NCBI GenBank assembly: GCA_030141605.1
Contig: JAQGDQ010000882.1
Span: 20,644-84,643 of the forward strand
Source: Tubiluchus corallicola
Lineage: Eukaryota; Animalia; Priapulida
DNA: 64,000 nucleotides
Reading direction: 5' to 3'
Position 1 is the first letter of the stretch. The number at the start of each line of letters is the position of its first letter. A program made the translations under genes and the position numbers. A model generated the notes under the pieces. The model saw only the letters and a list, made by a program, of their open reading frames with translations. It was not told where the DNA came from and did not search any database. Of this stretch, positions 30,074-39,498 are shown in pieces.

Positions 30074-31238
30074 TGTGTGTGTAAAGGTAACTTATTATAC
30101 ACACATTATGCACACTATATGTGTATAATGTGTGTTTAAAGGTAACTTATTATACATGCATTATGCACACTATATGTGTATAATGTGTGTTTAAAGGTAA
30201 CTTATTATACATGCATTATGCACACTATATGTGTATAATGTGTTAAGGTAACTTATTATACACGCATTATATATATGTGTATAATGTTAAAGGTAACATT
30301 ATACATTATGCACACATATTATAATGTTTTAAAGGTAACTTATTATACACGCATTATGCACACTATATGTGTATAATGTGTGCATAAAGGTAACTCATTA
30401 TACACGCATTATGCACACTATATGTGTATAATGTGTGTTTAAAGGTAACTTATTATACATGCATTATGCACACTATATGTGTATAATGTGTGTTTAAAGG
30501 TAACTTATTATACACGCATTATGCACACTATATGTGTATAATGTGTGTTTAAAGGTAACTTATTATACACGCATTATGCACACTATATGTGTATAATGTG
30601 TGTTTAAAGGTAACTTATTATACATGCATTATGCACACTATATGTGTATAATGTGTGTTTAAAGGTAACTTATTATACACGCATTATGCACACTATATGT
30701 GTATAATGTGTGTTTAAAGGTAACTTATTATACATGCATTATGCACACTATATGTGTATAATGTGTGTTTAAAGGTAACTTATTATACACGCATTATGCA
30801 CACTATATGTGTATAATGTGTGTGTAAAGGTAACTTATTATACATGCATTATGCACACTATATGTGTATAATGTGTGTTTAAAGGTAACTTATTATACAT
30901 GCATTATGCACACTATATGTGTATAATGTGTGCATAAAGGTAACTTATTATACACGCATTATGCACACTATATGTGTATAATGTGTGTTTAAAGGTAACT
31001 TATTATACATGCATTATGCACACTATATGTGTATAATGTGTGTTTAAAGGTAACTTATTATACATGCATTATGCACACTATATGTGTATAATGTGTGTGT
31101 AAAGGTAACTTATTATACACGCATTATGCACACTATATGTGTATAATGTGTGCATAAAGGTAACTCATTATACACGCATTATGCACACTATATGTGTATA
31201 ATGTGTGTGTAAAGGTAACTTATTATACACACTATATG
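30074..31238. repeat. 55-bp minisatellite (~21 copies) just downstream of the ATP6AP1 stop
   Basis: Unit AAAGGTAACTTATTATACACGCATTATGCACACTATATGTGTATAATGTGTGTTT. Confidence 0.95.
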
Positions 31239-32406
31239 TTGCAGTTTAACTGACTGGCCATTGGCATAGTTGTGTCTAGTCTTTCGCTGGATTACCGCTG
31301 TGTTTACTGGTCTTGAGGGAAAATTTCATTTTAGAATTCTGTCGGCTCAATATCTATAATGGATGTAACAGGCATTACGAAAGTGTAAACTTTTGCCATT
31401 GGTGTTTTATTCATACATAATTGTTTATCGAAGATATAGGTTAGCATAATTAGGTCAAATTAGGTAACAAATAATTGGATAGTTCAGCTGATTATAATAA
31501 CTCATTCCGACAATGTTTGGAACAGCCATATTTTCTTTACTTTTGGTTGTATGAAGTAAAATGTATCGATTAGCACGGAGTAGTATCGCAAACGTTTGTA
31601 CACTTAATACATTTTAAAAAGTATTTTATTAAAGATGGAGAATATTAGTTGTTTTCAGCTAAAATCATTTCTCAAGAGTCTAGCAATTTAAACGAGTAGA
31701 AGATGCTGTTATGCACAAGACTGTCTTTTCTTACCGCATCTTTTAAACTCTGAGTCACTTTGCATTATTATGTTAAGCAAATTTCTTTTGAACTGTCTAT
31801 CCGTTATTGCACTGTGAATTCCTTTAGTTTTCATGCCATTTTTGTAATCATGTGATGTGAATTTGTGTTGCATTTTGTACGTAGTTTGTTATTTTGGCTA
31901 AAGTTTACCATTCTCCCGCACACAAGGAATTTGTTTGTGAAGCTCATTAGGGTGAGGGTGAGGGACCATCCACACATATAACAATATCGAGTTTTCAGCC
32001 GATTTTGAGGACCCTACCTGTCTTGCGTTGTAACGGCATTATCACTGCCCCCTATTGATTGACATGGATATCCCACCTATGTACCTTTCGTACACCTTCC
32101 TCCTCCTTCCAAGGACAGGTACCAGCATCACTTGTTGATTAACGGCAAAACCATCAGCGGATTCTAATTTCACTCCGCCGGGATCAGGGCCCTTGTAGGG
32201 TCGTCTGCTGCTGGCACGCACAGGTGTCATGAGTAAATCATGTCTGCTTGCCCTGCTGCGTGAATTCTGCAGCGTTACCATGTCTCCTATCACCAATCTC
32301 CTACCCTAAACTTGATATGTGGATAGTCAGTTAGGGTTAGGATTAGGGGTAGGGTTGGGGTTAGGGTATTTAAGTTGTGGGGATTGTTAAACTCCTTCCG
32401 TTATAT

Positions 32407-32906
32407 CAGAGGTGTGCAAATTGCGGCCCGCAGGCCACTTGCGGCCCGCCGAGAGAATTTGTGCGGCCCGCAAAGAGATTTGTCAACCTAATGAAAGTGC
32501 GGCCCGGGCGATTAATTGAGTGTATCCTGCTGAAGTTCGTGCCACGATCCCAAAGATAGTGCGGGTAGTTTTTTCTACTAGATCGGATGCCATTAACCCT
32601 TACAAGACGGTTGTTGCTTAATGTCACTGTACTACACAGACTGTGTGATACACATTACTAATATGCATTGTTATGAAATTACCACTATCTGTCCTGAAAG
32701 TAGAAATATATGGTTTGTAATATAAATTTTAATAACTTCTAAAATAGTTTCTTGAGTGTAGTAGTAATGATGTACGCAGGTCGGATGCAAAAAAATCGTT
32801 ATTAGGCCTTTCTGTACTTGGCTCCTTGATCAAACTGTCAGTGGCCTACAGGAATTGCGGGAAAGTTTAATGTGGCCCTGCTAGTCAGATAATTTGCACA
32901 CCCCTG
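32407..32906. mobile_element. hAT (Charlie-like) non-autonomous element
   Basis: TIR CAG(A/G)GGTGTGCAAA / TTTGCACACCCCTG; subterminal GCGGCCCG repeats; TSD CGTTATAT/GGTTATAT (7/8). Confidence 0.88.
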
Positions 32907-33415
32907 GGTTATATTGTCATTTTGGCCTTGTGAATTCCATGTTTCAGTTGCTAGCTGTTTGTGTTGAACATTTCAGTCTTGTCAAAATAAACGTTATCAA
33001 TTATGCTGATTTTGCCTTTTGGTCGTTTTTTGCGTCGTCAAAGTTAATAACATATTGATTTTATTCGAGGTGATTTTATTCATACAACCAAGCAAAGAAG
33101 CCGGATTTAAAAAGAGATACCAAACACGTAAAAATCTATTTGTTTCAATCTTTTTTATTGCTTCAGTATAATTTAGTATTAGCAGCACACATTCGCTATA
33201 AAGCTTACAACACCTAGATAAATGATAGACGTCATGCAAAATTGAATTATTTATTATTTATTCAATTAATTATGAATTGACATTGTAACCCAGAATTCAG
33301 CAGTAACACAACACGGTCAATCTTAAAGATGTGTTCAAACCAGAGAGTTACTTTCCGACAGTAATCGAGAGCTGTCGAGAGTAACTCACAAAGTAACTAG
33401 CTGATGTGTTCACAC

Positions 33416-33765
33416 TAGGGGTGAGCATTCTCAACTAGAAAACGAATTCGAATCGAATTTGTAACTTTCGAATTCGAACCGAGTTCGAAAGATTTTCGAA
33501 CAAATAATATAAAGCGGTCTTACAAAGATTATGCATATTGATTGATTTTGTTCTGCAGTAAAACCACTAATAGTTTGTTAAAATTTTGCACAGAAACTGC
33601 GGCTAAATTGTGCTAGTAACTGCGCGCTATTTCAAACATTTTAACGATAAAGAACGTATGTGGCCGAAGTGCTGAATTATTCGAATTTGTGATTTTAGGT
33701 TCGAATCGAATTCGAACTGAAAAAGCTCGTTTGAATTCGACGCGGACGTTCGATGCTCACCCCTA
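33416..33765. mobile_element. hAT-type MITE nested in an older TIR element (~33326-33893); second copy at 61248-61619
   Basis: TIR TAGGGGTGAGCAT / ATGCTCACCCCTA; TSD GTTCACAC/GTTCATAC; internal TTCGAA repeats. The outer element ends CTAGTGTGAACGCACC (Harbinger-like). Confidence 0.85.
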
Positions 33766-35219
33766 GTTCATACTAGATAACAGCTCGCGGCAACTGTCGA
33801 ACTGTTTGCAAACTCTTGCCGACAGTAATTTGCAAGCAGTTCACACTTGCGAGTTTACCGTCGGAGAGTAAACTTTCTAGTGTGAACGCACCATTAGAGA
33901 TACTACAAAACCTCTTTGCCATGAATGGCTGTGTTAAATGAGCATACCAAAGCATTAGCTAACCAGAGTAGGTTTAAGTACGACTGCCGAAGAATATTGG
34001 GAGGTAGAGGGCAGCACAAATCACGTATTAAGTTACGGTAAGATTCCGAGAGAGGCAAAAGTTGATTTTCAAATTGAGAGACCGACTGATGCTAAAAAAA
34101 TTATAATTTTTAACATCCAATCATATCAAAATTTAATTACTGCCGAAACAAAATATTAATACTTCAACTATTACACAAAAAGTTCTGGCCACTTGGAAAT
34201 GATGATAGTGAAAATTTGCACTTATGACAGAGAATAATAAAGCCCTGATCTTGGTAGTAGATTTTCACAAATACAAGGCATTTTAGCCTCGTATTGCACA
34301 TAAACAGGCTGCATAAGATTATGGATATCCATAAAATAGACCAAAATAAAATTTGAAAAATCCATAAAATAAGAAATGCATAAAATAAACAAATATTTTT
34401 TTTGTGATTTTTTGTACAAAGTAACGAGTTGTAAGCGTTGGCAACACTGAAAACGAACGTTAGAAGGAGAGAAAGAGAAAGAAAACAAACCAACAAAAGC
34501 GCATTTCCGGATTTGCTATTTTACATTGTTTTTTCTCATTGTCTTTTTGTTATCAAGATGGCGAAGTTTCAGCCAAAGCATGAGCTGGAGTTCAGTCTGA
34601 AAACAACCGAGAGAGACCCAGCCATAGTCTCGTAAAATTTGATTAAATTTGAAGTGATATGAAACCGATAAAATTAAAACGAAACTGATAAAATTAAAAC
34701 TAAGTCCTGCGTGTTTAAAAACACGTTTCAAGCCTCCTGTTTTTACTTTTTAATTGATTTCCCCCTGGGCATCTCGTTCCAGATATAGTCTATTTCTTAT
34801 TTTATTGATATCCATAAAATAAGCTATTTTATTTATTTTATACATATCCACAATCTTATGCACCAAACAAATTCTCAATTTAATGTAAATTTAGGAACAG
34901 ACAACATGATCTACAAACTGGATGATCGTTTTTCCTACGTCGATCAATTAACTAAGCGTACAAGACACGCCACAAAAACACCAAATTTATTGTCCACGGA
35001 AATAAATAGAATTATATACGCTAATATGGTACAATACTAAACAATGGTAAACAAAGTACTATATATATATATATATATAATAAAAAAATAATGCATTAAA
35101 GAAATTCTGTACATTATGTACACGCAAATTATTGGAAAACTATTGTCCAGAGACCATAAAACAATGAGTATGGTAAAAACGAGTAAAACAAAATGAGGAT
35201 TGGGGATCTATGTGCGTAT

Positions 35220-35912
35220 TTTGATACAGAACGTGATAACTTGATGAATTATCAAGTTTTTTGATATTAAACATGATAACGTGACGAATTATCAAGTTTT
35301 TTGATACAGAACATGATAACGTGATGAATTATCAAGTTTTTTATACAGAACATGATAACGTGATGAATTATCAAGTTTTTTTATACAGAACATGATAACG
35401 TGATGAATTATCAAGTTTTTTGATACAGAACATGATATGAATTATCCAGTTTTTTGATACAGAACATGATATGAATTATCCAGTTTTTTGATATTGAACA
35501 TGATATGAATTATCCAGTTTTTTGATACAGAACATGATAACGTGATGAATTATCAAGTTTTTTTATACAGAACATGATAACGTGATGAATTATCAAGTTT
35601 TTTGATACAGAACATGATAACCTGATGAATTATCAAGTTTTTTGATACAGAACATGATATGAATTATCCAGTTTTTTGATAGAGAACATGATATGAATTA
35701 TCCAGTTTTTTGATACAGAACATGATAACGTGATGAATTATCAAGTTTTTTGTTACAGAACATGATAACCTGATGAATTATCAAGTTTTTTTTATACAGA
35801 ACATGATAACGTGATGAATTATCAAGTTTTTTTTATACAGAACATGATAACGTGATGAATTATCAAGTTTTTTTGATACAGAACATGATAACGTGATGAA
35901 TTATCAAGTTTT
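35220..35912. repeat. ~40-bp minisatellite
   Basis: Unit GATACAGAACATGATAACGTGATGAATTATCAAGTTTTTT. Confidence 0.95.
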
Positions 35913-36590
35913 TCTTAAAACTACCAGTGAGGAATCAATTCTCGCTGGGCTCAGTAACAATGTAATTTTTTAAAACTGCGCTACTGGGTGTTGCAAAAAA
36001 AACTGTGACATTGACAACCGCGACGGTCGGAATGTATAAAAAGTTACGTGACGTCTTACTAGAATCAGTTTCATAATTAAAACAGATATTAAACAATCGT
36101 TGCACAAAAACTAACAAGGCACAAAGAAAAGCAGTGCAAATGTCAAATGTTTAAATAGTCTTGTAGAGGCTCAGCTTCTGTGCTGTGTAAGACAAAGAGA
36201 GACAGAAAAATGTTTCAAGCTGCCCAGCTGCCGTTTGACGAACTGAATTCTGACGAACACACATTCGACAGCTCGTGCGTAATCACAGCAGTAAATATGA
36301 AATCTGAATTTTATCTTTAAAAAATGCCTAGTTTTGGTACAACACACTGAATATCTTACAGTAGCACTGTGCTTCAATTTTCACATTCGCATGTTTGTGA
36401 TGTAAACGATAGTTGGGCTCGTCTGTCGTTAATTAATTTTAAGTTTTTAATCTATTATTTAATTATCAGAAATGCTTTTGCAGTATTAATTGTGTTAGAA
36501 TTTGCACTATCTTCCTGTCTTCCATCGAGGTCCAGCAAACCGAGATGTGATTGTATTTTGCAGCAAAAATACTAATAATTTGTTCGAAAA

Positions 36591-36750
36591 TTGTGCAGTA
36601 AAATCACAGCTAAATTGTGCAGTGAAATCACAGCTAAACTGTGCAGTGAAATCACAGCTAAATAGTGCAGTGAAATCACAGCTAAATAGTGCAGTGAAAT
36701 CACAGCTAAATTGCGCAGTGAAATCACAGCTAAATTGTCCAGTGAAATCA
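36591..36750. repeat. 24-bp minisatellite; longer array at 53657-53960
   Basis: Unit TGTGCAGTGAAATCACAGCTAAAT at both loci. Confidence 0.92.
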
Positions 36751-36769
36751 CTACGCTTTTGCAGTACTA

Positions 36770-37210
36770 TGTGCTGATTTATTTAAACTTGTGTTGCCCC
36801 CTCTTTTCTGTTATAAACTGGTTTCCTTTTAAACAGGTCATGTGACCAGACTCTTACCTGTACACTTACCTGTAGATTGGAGTCACTCAGGCGTTCACAC
36901 ACTGCAGTGACAAATTGTTTAGCGTCAGTCATTGATTCGTTGTTATAATTTCATAATTACACTTATACAAGATCACCATGTAAGTTGATTTCTTAATTTC
37001 TTACATCTTGAACTTTTGTTTATTAAAAAGACTAAAGATTAGATTTTATAATTTGCGTAAAACTTTGTTAAAGTTAATTAGATAAATTTGGTTTAGATTT
37101 CGCAGTAAAATTGAGCAAAATTATATAAAATTATCTTATTTGTTTTCAGATTAAACAATACAAGCTACACAATTATGTTGTTGGAGTTTTTTTTATAAGA
37201 AGGTAGCACA
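36770..37210 (+). repeat. 5' LTR (441 bp)
   Basis: Direct repeat of 44014-44453. Manual comparison gives about 18 substitutions and 1 indel. TG...CA termini. Confidence 0.96.
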
Positions 37211-37431
37211 GTTTAATATGATTCTTGGTGTAATTGACATGGACGACAGCTATACGGTGTGTCCTTGAGTAAGCTGGTATCTGGGGCAACACTGCAGAGC
37301 GGTTTAACTTCGAGCTACGCTACGTGTATACCTGATAGTATTATATTGACAATGAAGCCAGAGCTGCTGTACGATACTACAGGATTTAACATTACGAGCA
37401 AGTAGAAATATATTTGGACTTTTAAAGCAAA

Positions 37432-39498
37432 ATGACTGATCCTTCAAACCAAATTCAGTTGAGAAAACTTGAACTTAAAAATAAAAAGCAAGAAGAATTA
37501 AGAGATATTCTTCGTGAAAGAGGGTTGATAGTTCATGGTAATAAAGCTGAATTAGTCACAAGGATAATTGAAGATGAGCACAGCAAGTGCATTGCAAGTG
37601 CAATGCATGAGTGCAGTGCATTGCAAGCAGCAAGCACTCATGACAAGGAAGCCGGAACTGATGCGGATGAAAAATCAGCAAAAGCAACTTCAGAGCGGAA
37701 AAGCAAGCATAGCGCAAAGGGAGCTAAGAGGGATTCTCTATTCGCATCTTCCAAGACAGCTTCAAAGATGAGTGAGAGAAAGTTACGACTTAATGAACTG
37801 AAAATACAAGAGCAGGAATTAAAGCTGCAAGCAATGAAAATAAGGCATGAACGTTTGCAGAGTGAATTCTCAGGTGAGCAGAAGTCGCAGGTAACTGACA
37901 TTAAACCAGCCTATTATGTGGCGCCACCTGTTGCCGAAAAATGGACTAAACAGAAGGTCGCTGAATGGTTGAAGCAATCTGAAGACGTATCTGCAGATTT
38001 GCAACAAATAAGTGGAAAGTTTGAAGGCTCCAATAGTACAAATAAATACAAAACGCAAGCCTTCGTAACTCTTGCAACAAATGACAAGTATGCTTTAGGC
38101 GCTCTAGTTTTAGCAAGCAGCCTGCGTCGTGTCAGTACAGCTCGTTACTTAACTGTCATGGTTACAAATAATATATCGCAAAATATGATGAGGCATCTTC
38201 GCGATAAATTTGACTATGTTCAACTAGTTGAAACAATAGATGGTAATGATCCTGAAAACCTGTATTTATTAGGAAGACCTGAGCTGAACGTAACCTATAC
38301 CAAATTACATTGTTGGCGCCTCACACAATTTAGCAAGTGTATTTTCTTGGACGCCGATACGTTGGTCCTGCAAAACATTGATGAACTCTTCCAAAGAAAA
38401 GAGTTTTCAGCAGCACCTGACGTCGGATGGCCCGACTGTTTTAATAGCGGCGTGTTTGTGTTTCAGCCAAGTATAGACACGTTCAATCAACTTGTTTCGT
38501 TTGCGACGTCTACGGCTAGCACGTTTGACGGAGTTGACCGAGGGATGCTAAACCAGTACTTTAGTAATTGGGCTACAGTGGCTCTACCTATGGGCGAGGC
38601 TAGGTACGAATCAAGAATGTTCAGCGAGTGGTTTCATATTTACAATGCTGACGTTATGCCTATGTTACATGAGCAACGTATAAGCAATGAAGCGCGATAT
38701 AATTTCCGTGATTTTAAAAACTTGCCCGCGGATGACTTAAATGTTTCAGCACCCACATTTGCCCCCGGGTTTCCAAGTAAAAGCGTGAGCCTTTGCTCAA
38801 CCTCATACGTAGGCAAACATAAACAACTGCCAGCAACGTCGGCTATAGATGAACCTACTCGCGGATTGCAATGGATGGACCAATCTCAGGACATGACAGC
38901 ATTCATGAATATCATGCGTGAAGGACAGCGTCAGCAAATGAACATGTATAATGCCATGCAGCTTCCTGCGGTTGAGCTTGAAAAATGTGATGGCAATGTG
39001 ATGCATTTCTGGCGTTTTATTAAGCGCTTCGAGGCCAGTGTAGAGAATTACACAGAAGATGAGGCAGCAAAACACACAAGGTTACTACAACTCTGCACTG
39101 GAAGAGCTAAGGCTGTCGTGGAAAGTTGGCATTATATGGATCCCCATATGGCCTTTAGACGTGCTAAGTATTTGCTAACAGAACGGTTTGGATCTCCCTA
39201 CATGGTAACTCAGGCTTGGTTGGATAAAAATAACAATTTTAGTTGTATAAAAATACAGGAGCCAGAAAAGTTACAGGAGTTCTCAGATGCACTTGTTGGG
39301 TGTATTGAAACATTAAAATGCATGAACAATTTGAGTGAAATCAATACTCAATCCGGTTTACTGCAAATTATTAGAAAGCTGCCATATAAGTTCCAAGACA
39401 AATGGAAGGATGTTGTGTGCCGGTTACTGAAGACGCAAAACAGGAACCCATCCATATATGATGCAGTTGACTTTGTGAAAAAGCAGCAGAGAAGATGA
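37432..39498 (+). CDS. Chimeric Gag: SAP motif + coiled coil + glycogenin-like GT8 domain + BEL Gag core (DUF1759-like)
   Basis: 688-aa open frame. SAP-like [33 protein letters not shown] (~37474-37572). Glycogenin motifs [88 protein letters not shown] (38056-38577). BEL gag [15 protein letters not shown]...[19 protein letters not shown]. The ORF ends at a frameshift. Confidence 0.92.
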   Translation: MTDPSNQIQLRKLELKNKKQEELRDILRERGLIVHGNKAELVTRIIEDEHSKCIASAMHECSALQAASTHDKEAGTDADEKSAKATSERKSKHSAKGAKRDSLFASSKTASKMSERKLRLNELKIQEQELKLQAMKIRHERLQSEFSGEQKSQVTDIKPAYYVAPPVAEKWTKQKVAEWLKQSEDVSADLQQISGKFEGSNSTNKYKTQAFVTLATNDKYALGALVLASSLRRVSTARYLTVMVTNNISQNMMRHLRDKFDYVQLVETIDGNDPENLYLLGRPELNVTYTKLHCWRLTQFSKCIFLDADTLVLQNIDELFQRKEFSAAPDVGWPDCFNSGVFVFQPSIDTFNQLVSFATSTASTFDGVDRGMLNQYFSNWATVALPMGEARYESRMFSEWFHIYNADVMPMLHEQRISNEARYNFRDFKNLPADDLNVSAPTFAPGFPSKSVSLCSTSYVGKHKQLPATSAIDEPTRGLQWMDQSQDMTAFMNIMREGQRQQMNMYNAMQLPAVELEKCDGNVMHFWRFIKRFEASVENYTEDEAAKHTRLLQLCTGRAKAVVESWHYMDPHMAFRRAKYLLTERFGSPYMVTQAWLDKNNNFSCIKIQEPEKLQEFSDALVGCIETLKCMNNLSEINTQSGLLQIIRKLPYKFQDKWKDVVCRLLKTQNRNPSIYDAVDFVKKQQRR

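Noticed and set aside
38056-38667. Glycogenin as an independent host gene or a processed pseudogene inserted later
   Set aside because: It has no separate start, stop, poly(A) tail or TSD and is in frame with gag on both sides within the LTRs. A later insertion cannot be fully excluded without other copies.
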